Below are positions 1 through 10,271 of a DNA stretch of 64,000 bases, in pieces. Numbering within the stretch: the stretch's first letter is position 1; every line of letters starts with the position of its first letter. The DNA is from a virus (Duplodnaviria; Caudoviricetes): IMG/VR virus record IMGVR_UViG_3300028907_000004, positions 1-64,000 of that record. One strand, 5' to 3'. Both the position numbers and the translations under genes were made by a program. The notes beneath the pieces were generated by a model. It ran no database searches. It was given only the letters and a program-made list of their open reading frames with translations, and was not told the origin of the DNA.

Positions 1-2436
1 CACATCAGCCGGAGGATACGGGCGGACGGCCCGCTGGTCCATCACAACGGAGTCAACCGGGGCATCTGCGATGGCCAGGGGGCCCTGGCCGCTGGCTGTC
101 AGGATCTTCACATCCACTTCGTCGCTGACGACATACTCCACGTCATCGCTGGCCGCGTATCCGTCCCAGATGATTACGGTCGCGTCATCGGCGTGCTCTG
201 CCGGCACTGTGTCTAGGCACCCGCGCCTGATCGTGGCCACGCCGTCAGTGATGGACTCGATGACGACGATTTCGTCATCGACTTGGGCCAGGCTGCTGGC
301 GGCAAATTCGTCAAGGTCAACGCCGTCCTTGAGCGTTGCGGTCGTGTCGAGGGGTCCGATTGCGCCATCCAACTTCGCGCATGGGCAAAATTCCAGTGCG
401 CCGCCCTCTGCGTATCCCGACCCGGAATCAATCTGGAGTTCTGCGTTGATTTCGGACGCTGCCCGTCCAGCCGCCACTATGAGGTAACCAAGCTCTGGCA
501 ATCCAGATAATTTTGTGGCCGCGTCCACCTCTCCGAGTTGGCGCACGATCTCGTAGTAGGGCGCTTCCATGACCAGCCTGGGCGTTGCTGGAAGTGGAGG
601 CGCGGACGGGTCTTCCCATTCTGTCTGTTCGGCCTCGACGTAAGTGATGTCAGGCAAGGCGAAAACATCCTGAACACATTGGATACGGATTACGTTGTCC
701 ACGCCATCGCCAAACGCAATTTCGGCAACGCGCATGACGTATGATGTCGCAGCGCCCGTGCCGTTCTCGCCTTCTTCCGTCCAATTCCATTTGAAAACGT
801 CACCTATGTTAAGCCATGCGGCGGCACGGGTGGCGTAAATTGTCGCCGTAACGAGCGGCGTCGAAATGGATTTGAGATCGCGAGCCGCAACCCTGGAAAT
901 AATGGCCGCGTTTGCGAATCCGGGGTAGTCCACAGACGCGGGGATAATTACCCCTTGCTGCTGAATCATCGCCAGGTTCTGAAGAGTCACCGTCTCGACC
1001 TGGCCAGTCTCGTTCGAGTTATAGCTGACCGTGATTTCATTAGCGAGTTCGGCCAGGGTCTGTTTTGTGTATCCCTCGACGCGACTGATGTTCGATTTGT
1101 CGAGTACAAGCAGGGCGGATTCGTTGTATCCGCCACGGATCAGTTTGAGTTCAAACTTCCCCGTCGTTCTGTCCACATAGAGAGCCGCATCAATGTGTCG
1201 CAGAATTTCGCCAACGAAATCCTCGATGCTCGTTTGTTGACTCCAAAGGATAGATATGCCCATTTTTTCCGCGAATAGCGTGTTTGCTGCCGAGACAAAG
1301 GATTCGCCCATGTCCGATTCGGGATAACCCATGCCCCAATTTGTATCTGTCAGGCACTCGCGGATAATGTGGGCTGGATTCATATCTCTAAAGTAACCCT
1401 CGACATCCCACCCTGGGTCAAAAAAGCCCTGGCGAAAAACGATTTCTCCGTATTTGGTGACTATCAGGGGCGGATTGATGCCTTCAAATGAGTTTTCAAT
1501 TTGATACCCCTTAATGCTGGAGAGTGACCCGCCCAGTTCAACAAATCCGACAACTCCATTGTAAAGCAAAGAAAACTCAATTATATTATCGCTTTTCTGT
1601 ACGATAGAAACTGAATACTGCATGCCAACAGTAAGTGGTGTCGCAGCCAGTACCGCGCCTCCAAAATAGGGCAAATCTCCGTGTGGTTTCGACCATGGCC
1701 GAAATTGAAAGATTGTACCACCGGAACTGTTTAGAAAGTTCATTACGGCTGAGTCTCTCCCAGAAACCGTGGATTCAAGGATAAAATTAAATTCAATCTT
1801 GAATACCGCGCCAGAAAAACTACCCACGCGGGTCGCCGTGGCAGATCCAGTGCCTTGCATTGACAGGTTGTGGGTGATGCTATTCCCGAGCGCCCACCAC
1901 ACACCGGGCTGTGACCCGCCGGGCACAACTAGGCTCCAATCGCTAAACGGAACTACCGACTCTTCGGAAATAGGCGGATAGGAATCGTCCACGCGATAGT
2001 AGTTGATGGCTGCTTTTTGGTTGTACCACTGCGTGGTTCCGTCGCTCCTGACTCGTACCCGCTGTAATAGCCACCCCCAATCCTTTAAATACGGATTCAG
2101 CCCGACATAGACCTGATTGAGCACGGCGCAGCACACGCCCCGGAATGCCGGTAGCAAATCCGCGCCGAGCTTGGCCGCCAGGTAGGAGTTCTGGCCCTGC
2201 GTGGGCGCGCCCATCTCGATATCAACTTGCCCGCTGACGCCACCCTCGCGCGTCTCGCCGCCGAACAGGTCCGGCTTGTCGATGGTCAGCGCGCCGCCGG
2301 TGTGATTGCCGACCCAGGCTTTCTTCCCGCCGACACGGATGCGCACGAGTTTGTCAACAGGGCCATGACACAAGGCCATGTGCATGCCGACGTAGTATTT
2401 GTACCCGACGGTAACTTTTTTGCTACTGCCACCCAT
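1..2436 (-). CDS. Central tail / tail tip protein (runs off window edge)
   Basis: ATG at 2436 reads MGGSSKKVTVGYKYYVGMHMALCHGPVD, with later MNPAHIIRECLTDTNWGMG and RPYPP, typical of siphophage tail-tip proteins. No stops in the stretches I translated (1-300, 1501-2160). It is absent from the ORF track, consistent with having no stop in the window. Confidence 0.75.
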   Translation of the reverse strand, partial: MGGSSKKVTVGYKYYVGMHMALCHGPVDKLVRIRVGGKKAWVGNHTGGALTIDKPDLFGGETREGGVSGQVDIEMGAPTQGQNSYLAAKLGADLLPAFRGVCCAVLNQVYVGLNPYLKDWGWLLQRVRVRSDGTTQWYNQKAAINYYRVDDSYPPISEESVVPFSDWSLVVPGGSQPGVWWALGNSITHNLSMQGTGSATATRVGSFSGAVFKIEFNFILESTVSGRDSAVMNFLNSSGGTIFQFRPWSKPHGDLPYFGGAVLAATPLTVGMQYSVSIVQKSDNIIEFSLLYNGVVGFVELGGSLSSIKGYQIENSFEGINPPLIVTKYGEIVFRQGFFDPGWDVEGYFRDMNPAHIIRECLTDTNWGMGYPESDMGESFVSAANTLFAEKMGISILWSQQTSIEDFVGEILRHIDAALYVDRTTGKFELKLIRGGYNESALLVLDKSNISRVEGYTKQTLAELANEITVSYNSNETGQVETVTLQNLAMIQQQGVIIPASVDYPGFANAAIISRVAARDLKSISTPLVTATIYATRAAAWLNIGDVFKWNWTEEGENGTGAATSYVMRVAEIAFGDGVDNVIRIQCVQDVFALPDITYVEAEQTEWEDPSAPPLPATPRLVMEAPYYEIVRQLGEVDAATKLSGLPELGYLIVAAGRAASEINAELQIDSGSGYAEGGALEFCPCAKLDGAIGPLDTTATLKDGVDLDEFAASSLAQVDDEIVVIESITDGVATIRRGCLDTVPAEHADDATVIIWDGYAASDDVEYVVSDEVDVKILTASGQGPLAIADAPVDSVVMDQRAVRPYPPADV

Positions 2437-2637
2437 TTATCGCTCCTGCTCCGACCGTGCCGCTGCGGCAACCTGTAGGGCCATAGCGTCGCCTGTTCTT
2501 TCCAGGGCCTCCACGGGCAGGCCAGCGCGCAGAAACTCGGACCAATCCAAGCCGTGGCGCTCAAACCACGCACGCGCCCCGCGAGAGCACATCTTGCATT
2601 GTCGAATGTGGCGCATCGTAAATTTGACTTCGCTCAT
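2437..2637 (-). CDS. Small tail assembly protein
   Basis: MSEVKFTMRHIRQCKMCSRGARAWFERHGLDW, the small gene commonly found just before this class of tail-tip gene. Confidence 0.55.
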   Translation of the reverse strand: MSEVKFTMRHIRQCKMCSRGARAWFERHGLDWSEFLRAGLPVEALERTGDAMALQVAAAARSEQER

Positions 2638-2864
2638 TTCTTGCCGCCTTTCTTTTTGATCGCCACGGTGCGCGTGTCGCCCCACCAAACAATGTTCTGG
2701 CCCGTGATTTCACGACTGCCGAACAAGACCGGGATTTCCCCGCCAGCCGAAGCCGTAGCCCTGGCTTCGATCTCCCCCGGCTTGGGCGAGTCGAATTTAA
2801 CCTTCGGCCTAGTCAGGTAGGAGATGACCAGCGAGGCGACGAATAGAGCGATCTGGACCCACAT
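2634..2864 (-). CDS. Small tail assembly protein
   Basis: Hydrophobic N-terminus plus GEIPVLFGSREITGQNIVWWGD and a basic tail; tail-tip synteny. Confidence 0.6.
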   Translation of the reverse strand: MWVQIALFVASLVISYLTRPKVKFDSPKPGEIEARATASAGGEIPVLFGSREITGQNIVWWGDTRTVAIKKKGGKK

Positions 2865-3721
2865 TACACGAGACTCCTTCCGTCAAACGGGTTGCGGGAC
2901 GGAATCCATGGCCAGCCGCCGAAGTTGAGAATGTTGTTGAACTTGTTCTTGCACGTTTCGCGATTGCGCCCACACCCTGGATATATGACCAAATCCGAAC
3001 CGCCGTAAAAGCTTCCATAGCTCTTGCCGTAGCCCGTCGTGCCCACATAGTCGGCTAGGATAGGGGCTGGATTCGACAGCGTGATGGATGATCCCGTGTG
3101 GGCAGAAATGAAGCGCATAGTCCCATCGGCCAGGGCCAGGAAACCGCCGGTAAAATAGCCGTTCGGGTGCGCCGCCGCCTCGGGGATTGTGACCACCGTG
3201 CGTGCCGCATTGATTGCCGAGACGGTCCCGGCCACGGCATAGGTCGCTTTGTCCACGCCGCACCGCTCCGAGTAGAGTGCGTGCCTGCACATGCGCTGAT
3301 AGCGGGCGCGAAGGCCTGGACGCTTCAGCGATGTGAAGACGGACTCGCAGGACAGTTTCGCCGTCACGTTGTCGGGCCAATCCACCAACACAACACGACC
3401 CTTCCAGTAGACGACGACTCCGGCGGCCCCGACATGCGTGCGGAAGACGGTCAGGGTGACAACGTGTTCAGGTTGCCCGGCCAGGTAGAGCAGGGAGAGT
3501 TCGCACGTCCTGGGCAACAGCACTTCGAGGGGCGACTTGCCGAGCTCCTTGGTCTGCTGCATATCGTCACGGCCAACCGGAAACGCGGTGTAGGTTTCGC
3601 CGTTGTAAACGACCTCCGGGCCGCTGCTATAGGTCCAGACCTGGCCGCCATGGACGAACCGGAAAAGTTCGACAGGGCGGCCGCCGTGGACGGAGGATTC
3701 GAGATCGGAATACGTGCTCAT
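2864..3721 (-). CDS. DUF2163/BR0599-like tail tip (hub) protein
   Basis: CRHALYSERCGV and C-terminal GCGRNRETCKNKFNNILNFGGWPWIP Cys motif. Confidence 0.7.
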   Translation of the reverse strand: MSTYSDLESSVHGGRPVELFRFVHGGQVWTYSSGPEVVYNGETYTAFPVGRDDMQQTKELGKSPLEVLLPRTCELSLLYLAGQPEHVVTLTVFRTHVGAAGVVVYWKGRVVLVDWPDNVTAKLSCESVFTSLKRPGLRARYQRMCRHALYSERCGVDKATYAVAGTVSAINAARTVVTIPEAAAHPNGYFTGGFLALADGTMRFISAHTGSSITLSNPAPILADYVGTTGYGKSYGSFYGGSDLVIYPGCGRNRETCKNKFNNILNFGGWPWIPSRNPFDGRSLV

Positions 3722-3972
3722 GCCGCTACCCCGAAAAGGCCGTCATAACCCGGCATCACTACGGTAACGATCTTCTGGCCGTCCCACATCGAAGATGCGG
3801 CGTGCCGCCCATTTATGAAGTAGTCAAAGCCAATCACCCGAAACCCCGACGGCTTTGGCCAAAAAAGGCGCTTCCACCAACTACTCCGTCTCTCGCGCCC
3901 ATAGCCGGAATAGACTTTTTTGATTTCACATTTATGTTCGGTCATTTTCTTTTTGACCTCCGACCAATTCAA
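3718..3972 (-). CDS. Hypothetical protein
   Basis: 84 aa ORF translationally coupled to the downstream tail gene. Confidence 0.45.
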   Translation of the reverse strand: MNWSEVKKKMTEHKCEIKKVYSGYGRERRSSWWKRLFWPKPSGFRVIGFDYFINGRHAASSMWDGQKIVTVVMPGYDGLFGVAA

Positions 3973-4053
3973 CTACATATCGACTTTATTTTTCAACCCG
4001 CTACGTGTTTCTTTTTAATATAAAAAGAAACAAAAGGCAAAATAGCGCAAAAA

Positions 4054-5214
4054 CTATAGTATCGTCGTGACCATAGACGACTCACACCTAGCATCACCAA
4101 CACCCTTCCATTTTAACTTTATCAAATCCCCGGAAAATCTACACAAAGACAAGAAAGAGATACGAACTACATCAGAAAATCCCAAAGAGGCGTTTAATGT
4201 TAAATTTTCTTGCCCGGCAACCCCAGCAACAGCAGCATTTATCTTTCTATAAGCAACAACCCCAGAAGAAGAAAAAACAGCTATATGAGACATGCCTGGA
4301 ACATTAAGACCAAACGTCCTATACCCGACGTCAGCAATCTTCAAAGTGGTAGAAGAGGAAACGGGCATCGCTGCTAATTTCAAATCGTCCACGTAGGATG
4401 GCATCCATACGGGGCGTAACGCCCCAGCACGTCTATGTAACCACTTTCTAAACTCCCAACACTTCTCCGGAGTTTTAAGAACCCATTCCCACGGAGTAAG
4501 CATTTTTGAAAAATTGGACCTAGAAAAAGAAGCCCAAGCACCCATTCCTGGATCTATAATATCCAAAGGATAAGACATTTGACGTTTTATGGAACTAGAA
4601 AAAGTCCCCAAAGGCTCCAATAAAACGTCATACCCCAGGTACTGCATTTCAGAAGCTGTAGTGGATAGTTCCGAATTATCCACTACTTGGACAGACAAAG
4701 AATAAGCCAAATCATTTCCAATATAGTCTTGTCGGTCTATCTGGTTCGATATTCTTGCCCTTCGTAACGGCAAAACCCAGGAACCGGCGGCATACGTGGA
4801 AATGAGAGCATTCGAAAAAGATAACACACTCTCCGTTATTTCAGTAATGTCCAAAACTTGATATTTAGTGGGTGATTCGTATATTAAAGCATTTTCTCCA
4901 TAACGCCAATCTCCATAACGCCAATCTCCATACACCAATCCGGCTCCCGCATCTGCGGGAGCCGATATGGATACTGCTTCGTGCCAATTAGGCCACGCCC
5001 ACATCCTATTTTGCCAAGACGCCAACAACACACGAATTTTAGACATTTGCAAAATGTCTTTCAAAAACACAGAAGCCTCAAAAGATTGACGCGGCTCCTG
5101 GCGTACTTGAATCCGTTGCTCTTCACCATCATACGCCTCTATAATGTCAGTCATCCACTCCAACGATTCAATCATATCTAAATCAGGACGCCATACCCAT
5201 ACAGGATAGTCCAT
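4054..5214 (-). CDS. Minor tail (distal-tail-like) protein
   Basis: 386 aa directly after tape measure; EWMTDII...EQRIQVRQEPR and WEFRKWLHRRAGALRPVWMP patterns. Confidence 0.55.
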   Translation of the reverse strand: MDYPVWVWRPDLDMIESLEWMTDIIEAYDGEEQRIQVRQEPRQSFEASVFLKDILQMSKIRVLLASWQNRMWAWPNWHEAVSISAPADAGAGLVYGDWRYGDWRYGENALIYESPTKYQVLDITEITESVLSFSNALISTYAAGSWVLPLRRARISNQIDRQDYIGNDLAYSLSVQVVDNSELSTTASEMQYLGYDVLLEPLGTFSSSIKRQMSYPLDIIDPGMGAWASFSRSNFSKMLTPWEWVLKTPEKCWEFRKWLHRRAGALRPVWMPSYVDDLKLAAMPVSSSTTLKIADVGYRTFGLNVPGMSHIAVFSSSGVVAYRKINAAVAGVAGQENLTLNASLGFSDVVRISFLSLCRFSGDLIKLKWKGVGDARCESSMVTTIL

Positions 5215-5222
5215 AACACCCC

Positions 5223-8200
5223 CTACAGCCCAAGCATACGACGTACTGCTGCGGGATTTCGACGTATGTGGTTAAACGTCATCTGCTCCCCCTCGGAACC
5301 GGATAGCTCATTAGAGAGCGTTTTACGATCAAATACATTGACCACCTTACTCCCTTTCTGGGAGCGAATGGCAGCAACTACTTCTCTCAATAACGCCGCC
5401 GTTTCGTCCTTTGAAGAAGAATCAGATTTACTCCCATTTACCACAGACACGCCCAATTTATTATCAGGAGTACGAGCCAGCGGCATTACGGCTTCCCATC
5501 CAGCCTCTCCCATAAGCCCTGCGCCTTTTGCCATAGGAAATAACGTGGGTTCTTTTATGATAGAAGATGAATACCGAGAAATACCCATACCGCTAGACTC
5601 AAAGACGTTTCCTTTAGCCGAGGCCACAAGACTTAACAAGGAAACGCCCATTTGCGCGAATCCGCCTATGTCTCCAGCACCTCCAGCTTGAGACCCCCAC
5701 AAAGACGAGGGCGAACTTCCATATCCAGACATGCCGCCGGAAAACGATGTTCCTGTTAACAGCCCTACAACCTCGATCAACGCCTTTTGCATAAAAAGCC
5801 GCGTCAAATCCTGAACAATGGACAGAGCAGCGTTGTGTATAGACCCTTTGATAACGTCCCAGGCATCAGAAATGGATGCCTGTCCCGTTACCATATCCCC
5901 AACAAACTGACCCATGGCTTCACTAGAGGACTTTATTGCGTTGGGCAACAAGTCCTTATAGAAATCCACCATTTCCATATACGAATCAGAACGAAATTGT
6001 TGTAACCCAATTTCAGATAAAGTTCCAACATCCATATCCGCCATCGCTTTATTTTCTTTAATTTGCTGAGAAATCGCCTCCATCTGCGCCATTATGTTTG
6101 CACGTTCTGCTTCCGTTTCCGCTAACTGGAGTTCTATGTCTAGCATAGCCATTTGGCCCTGTAGTAAATCTTCATGAACGCGGAAATACGCCTCAATGTT
6201 ACCGACGTTGTAGGTGTTTTCCATAATTTGGCCAAGAGCGTCTTCCCAAATAGCTTGCTGTTCCCGCAATTCTTCTATTTCTTCTCTGAAAATACGAGCA
6301 TCGGCCAATTGTAACTGACGCTGTTTCTCTGCGGCATCAAGATTAGGGTCTTTTTGTATTTGGTCTCTTTGACTTTTCAATAACTCCATAGTGGCTGTAT
6401 ATGAGCCTCTGCCCAAAACATTCGCCAAGTCAACCGCGTGTTCCAGTTCTTTATTAGTAGATTCCCACGCTTCGGCGTATTTGGCTGCGCCAATACGCAA
6501 TTCATATTGCTTTTCTACCAACCGGACTAAATTGTCATAGAACGAATTGTCGGCCCCCACGCGGTAGTATTCTTTGCGAATGTTTGTCAGCTCCTTCGCT
6601 TTCTCTGCCTGTAGGGTAAGAACCTCCAACGAAGCCGCCCCGATGCCGGAGGTGGCCACTTGCGCCTCTTTCAGCTGGATGAGATAGCTGTTCATCGCAT
6701 CCCGCATTTCGTCTGCGAAATTCTGGGTCACGAGTTCCTTCTGAAGATCGCGCCACTGAATCAACGCTGGTGGGATGTTGCCCAATTCCGCAGCGATTTC
6801 GGAAAACTTGATATCCACATCCATCAGTTCCCGGTCCAGGTCACTCATAGTGAGTTTGGCCAGGTCTTGATTAATGTCGTTCAGCTTCTTCTGGCGTTTG
6901 TTGTACATGTCGGACGTTTTCTTGTCCTCACGCGCCTGCTTGTCCATAATTTCTTGTTCTTCCTGGTCACGATACTTCTTGGCCAGGGCGAACTGCTCTT
7001 TGGCCTGTTCTGCCGCCCTACGGGTTTCTGCCGGCAATAAGTCCATACCCGGCAAGTCTTCTCCCCTGGAAAGTGTTTCTGCCTGTTCCTTGGTAAGGTT
7101 ATATTTCTGAAGAACGCCAACGCCTGCAATGATCTTGGCGTTGTAGTCGTCATTCAGCTTGTTAATGGCGCGTTGTGTATCGTCTATCTTGGCAACAGAT
7201 TTCTTCCACTCCTCGAAGCCCTTTTCCCGCGTTTCCCGCAGCATCTGTTCCTGCTTTTCCTGCCTCTGGGCCGCTTCCAAGGATCGCGCTGCCGCCCCTT
7301 CCATGTCACGAGACATCTGGGCCGGATTGGCTAGGCGGGCAGCTTCCTTCTGCCTCTCATCCCGCGCCTTGAGGATGTTGTCAATTTCCTTCTGGGCTTC
7401 CAGCATCCCTTCCCATTTTTCGCCTATGGTGGTTCCCTCTTTGAACCCAGTACCCATAAAGCCGCCCAGTTTGGAATCTAGGCGCAGTTTGTCGCCCCAC
7501 CCGATTTCCCCGGACTTGAACAATTCTGTGACCTGGTCCTGAAGACCGGACCTTCCTCGTAAGTTGGCAAATTTGGCAACGCTGCCGATTCCGGACACGA
7601 TAGTTCCCGCAAGCTCGCCAATAGCCCGCATATTTTCCTTCATATTGGGATCGTCCAAGACGCGGGCAAACTCTCGCAGAGCTTCGGTCATGGCGTTGAA
7701 AAATCCGCCATTACCTATTTCCAACTTGAGGTCCAAAATGGCGTTGTTGAAGCGGTTCAGTTCCGCACGAGCCGACTGGGAAGCGTCTTCCACGCCCCCG
7801 GCAAACTGCTCTCTCATAGCCTTTACGAAAGCGGGCATGAATTCAGAAGTAAACAATTGGCCGGATTCGACCAGTTTATTGAACTCGCGTTCTCCCAAGC
7901 CCATCGCTCTTGCAGCTATCTGGAACGCGCCGGGAATCTGGTCACCCAACTGGCGGCGTAGTTCTTCCATAGAGACTACGCCCTTGGAGATCATCTGCTG
8001 AACAGCGTATAGGGCCATTTCCGTTTTTTGCGAGGAAAGGCCCAAAACCGTACTCGCTTCTGCGATAGCGAGAAATGTGTTTCTCGCTCCCTCGCCTTCC
8101 AGCACCGTCCCTTTAGCTGCCGCCGTAAGGGTTTTGTACCCGTCTGCCGCTACGAGCAAATCAAGGCCCAGGCGTTTTGACTCCTCCCGAAGGAAAGACA

Positions 8201-8543
8201 TTTCCTGGGCCCCTAGTGTGGCCGATCCCGTAGCCGCCTTGAACGTGTTGTTGATGGATTGCATTTCCAAGTTGGCTTTGTAGACATTCTTGCCCAACTC
8301 GTAGATTTCCATGGCCGCTCTACGAAGTATTTCCAACTTGAGAACGCCGGAAAGGAAATTAACAGAAGACGCCATAGAGTCAAACGAAGAGGAAGCCGAC
8401 TTGGCCGCACTTCCTGTTCTCTTCGTTTGATTCTCGGCATCTTTGGACGCTTTGGTCAAATCTTTCAAGGCTTTGGTGCTGATATAAACACCATCAGCAC
8501 GGACTTCGATTCCTAAAGAGGCAATATCCAGTCCACCAGACAT
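5223..8543 (-). CDS. Tape measure protein
   Basis: 1106 aa, helical and Ala-rich; QMISKGVVSMEELRRQLGDQIPGA tape-measure motif; C-terminal AKGAGLMGEAGWEAVMPL. Confidence 0.9.
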   Translation of the reverse strand: MSGGLDIASLGIEVRADGVYISTKALKDLTKASKDAENQTKRTGSAAKSASSSFDSMASSVNFLSGVLKLEILRRAAMEIYELGKNVYKANLEMQSINNTFKAATGSATLGAQEMSFLREESKRLGLDLLVAADGYKTLTAAAKGTVLEGEGARNTFLAIAEASTVLGLSSQKTEMALYAVQQMISKGVVSMEELRRQLGDQIPGAFQIAARAMGLGEREFNKLVESGQLFTSEFMPAFVKAMREQFAGGVEDASQSARAELNRFNNAILDLKLEIGNGGFFNAMTEALREFARVLDDPNMKENMRAIGELAGTIVSGIGSVAKFANLRGRSGLQDQVTELFKSGEIGWGDKLRLDSKLGGFMGTGFKEGTTIGEKWEGMLEAQKEIDNILKARDERQKEAARLANPAQMSRDMEGAAARSLEAAQRQEKQEQMLRETREKGFEEWKKSVAKIDDTQRAINKLNDDYNAKIIAGVGVLQKYNLTKEQAETLSRGEDLPGMDLLPAETRRAAEQAKEQFALAKKYRDQEEQEIMDKQAREDKKTSDMYNKRQKKLNDINQDLAKLTMSDLDRELMDVDIKFSEIAAELGNIPPALIQWRDLQKELVTQNFADEMRDAMNSYLIQLKEAQVATSGIGAASLEVLTLQAEKAKELTNIRKEYYRVGADNSFYDNLVRLVEKQYELRIGAAKYAEAWESTNKELEHAVDLANVLGRGSYTATMELLKSQRDQIQKDPNLDAAEKQRQLQLADARIFREEIEELREQQAIWEDALGQIMENTYNVGNIEAYFRVHEDLLQGQMAMLDIELQLAETEAERANIMAQMEAISQQIKENKAMADMDVGTLSEIGLQQFRSDSYMEMVDFYKDLLPNAIKSSSEAMGQFVGDMVTGQASISDAWDVIKGSIHNAALSIVQDLTRLFMQKALIEVVGLLTGTSFSGGMSGYGSSPSSLWGSQAGGAGDIGGFAQMGVSLLSLVASAKGNVFESSGMGISRYSSSIIKEPTLFPMAKGAGLMGEAGWEAVMPLARTPDNKLGVSVVNGSKSDSSSKDETAALLREVVAAIRSQKGSKVVNVFDRKTLSNELSGSEGEQMTFNHIRRNPAAVRRMLGL

Positions 8544-8555
8544 ACGTCACCGCCT

Positions 8556-8876
8556 TTATTTACTTCTTGCCGATAATTGGTCCAAATACTTTGCGTCCAT
8601 ATACCTTATGGCATCTAACACAAATGGAGAGAATCGGATTCCTGTTAGTTGTGAGTAGGCCAGAATTTCTTGGTAGGAAATAGGACTTGGAGAAAAGCCA
8701 TTCCCACCGACTCCGTTCCGTAAGTTCCAAAAAAGGTCCCATACGTACTCACCCCCGTATGGGACCTTTGGCGGTTCCGGATACCCAGACAACTCTATTG
8801 GTGTGTTCTGGGTTTTAAGGCTTTCAACATGTTGGCGCAGGCTTACTCCGTCCTTGTCCGGATAATCCCACACCAC
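8556..8876 (-). CDS. Tail assembly chaperone, frameshift (GT) extension
   Basis: The -1 frame after the slippery site reads QGIIAGLGEAVYARVVWDYPDKDG and joins this ORF; PISYQEILAY motif. Confidence 0.7.
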   Translation of the reverse strand: MVWDYPDKDGVSLRQHVESLKTQNTPIELSGYPEPPKVPYGGEYVWDLFWNLRNGVGGNGFSPSPISYQEILAYSQLTGIRFSPFVLDAIRYMDAKYLDQLSARSK

Positions 8877-8905
8877 TCTAGCATAGACGGCTTCTCCCAG
8901 ACCGG

Positions 8906-9322
8906 CTATGATTCCCTGAAAAAATTCCTACGGTCCTCCAAGAAATCCTGAACCTGTTCACGGAGCCAGGCGTTGCCGTGGTACAGATTGAAGATGTTCG
9001 TCTTGGTGGATGCGTATTCTTCGCCCTTAACAAAGAAGTTTTTGATTTCCTTGGTAAGGCCGACGAGTTTTTCCAGTTGCATCTCGTTCAGTTCAGCGGA
9101 CGAGATTTTCTGGACGCCGCGCTGCTGGATGCGCTGAAGACGTTTGTCCGACAGTTTGGCGTCCAGTTCCTGCGATTCCTGGCTATCGGGACCAAACAGG
9201 GTAATGGTTGCCCCGGTCAGCTTCCCGGTAATGGGATGGCGGACGTTCATGACAGCCATGCCCATAAGATTTTCCTGAATGTCGCCCAGATCAAGGGCAT
9301 CAAAGTTCGTATTCTCTTCCAT
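8906..9322 (-). CDS. Tail assembly chaperone (G-like)
   Basis: Lies between tail tube and tape measure; ends AWLREQVQDFLEDRRNFFRES. Confidence 0.75.
   Translation of the reverse strand: MEENTNFDALDLGDIQENLMGMAVMNVRHPITGKLTGATITLFGPDSQESQELDAKLSDKRLQRIQQRGVQKISSAELNEMQLEKLVGLTKEIKNFFVKGEEYASTKTNIFNLYHGNAWLREQVQDFLEDRRNFFRES
8918..8924 (-). promoter_or_regulatory. -1 ribosomal frameshift heptamer T TTT TTC
   Basis: Minus strand AAT TTT TTC AGG; a -1 slip opens into the 8556..8876 frame. Confidence 0.75.
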
Positions 9323-9355
9323 TGCCGCTCTCCTTTAGAAATTGGTTGGTGTTAC

Positions 9356-10261
9356 TTACGCCGGGGTGCGCGTAATCTGGATGTTGGTACCCGTCACGGA
9401 GTCCAGAAGGGCCGTGAAGGGCATATTCATAACAATACGGCCCTCGTTCTGGGCCGGAATGTCGCCGCCCGAATACTTGATGCGAGGCAGCAAAATCGTC
9501 AGATCATTGCCCAGAGGATCGGACAAGCCGATGGACAACGAGGATTCGGTTTCAGCGATGAACTTGTTCAGCAGAGTCGTGTTCTGGAAAGCCGCGCTGA
9601 CCGTTCCGGATACCTGACAACGACCTGCGTTGATATCCACGGCAGAATCGCTACCCAGGGCGAAGAACGGGTCCAGGGAGTTCTGAAGTTCCAGGGTAAT
9701 GGCGCTGATGGCGGCGATAGAAACGCCGCCCTCTTCCAGGGAACCGCCGAAGCCGTCAAACGGGGAGTTGGCGGCAGCAGCTGCGGGCGAACCCAAGGAG
9801 GTTCCGGAAATGGAGGTTCCCATGCCCACCAGACCGAAAGAGCCGGTGATCATGCCGTTCGGGGTAATGTTCAGGCTCATGGAGTCGATCATAACGCCAG
9901 TGAAAACCTGATACTGGGAAATGTCCGTGAATCGACGCTCCATTGTAAACGACTTGTATGTCGTTCCGGCTTTCAGTACGTTGGTGGTCCAGGAACCGAA
10001 CAACGCTGCGGCCAGAAGATCGTCAAACGCGCCGTAGGAAAGTTCAAACCCCACTTCACCTTCCACCTTCTTGGCGCCATGACGAAGGTCCGAAATCTGA
10101 CGATCCGAACGCAGTTCATTGGACTGGAAACTTTCTTTGGTGAGGCCCAGGGAACAGGTCGTGTGCCGGATGGCCGTCATAGTCGGCGTGAGCGGCGTGG
10201 TTCCCATAGTGACTTCCGGAACAAACGAAAGTCCGTGAAATCCACCAGTTGCGAGTGCCAT
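9356..10261 (-). CDS. Major tail tube protein
   Basis: 301 aa; FQSNELRSDRQISDLRHGAKKVEGEVGFEL, KSFTMERRFTDI; synteny. Confidence 0.85.
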   Translation of the reverse strand: MALATGGFHGLSFVPEVTMGTTPLTPTMTAIRHTTCSLGLTKESFQSNELRSDRQISDLRHGAKKVEGEVGFELSYGAFDDLLAAALFGSWTTNVLKAGTTYKSFTMERRFTDISQYQVFTGVMIDSMSLNITPNGMITGSFGLVGMGTSISGTSLGSPAAAAANSPFDGFGGSLEEGGVSIAAISAITLELQNSLDPFFALGSDSAVDINAGRCQVSGTVSAAFQNTTLLNKFIAETESSLSIGLSDPLGNDLTILLPRIKYSGGDIPAQNEGRIVMNMPFTALLDSVTGTNIQITRTPA

Positions 10262-10271
10262 ACATAACCTC

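Noticed and set aside
8978-10267. Long antisense ORFs (also 14376..15743, 18213..19325, 56013..56579, 58116..60167)
   Set aside because: They mirror well-supported genes with strong codon bias and have no motifs or RBS; these are shadow frames.
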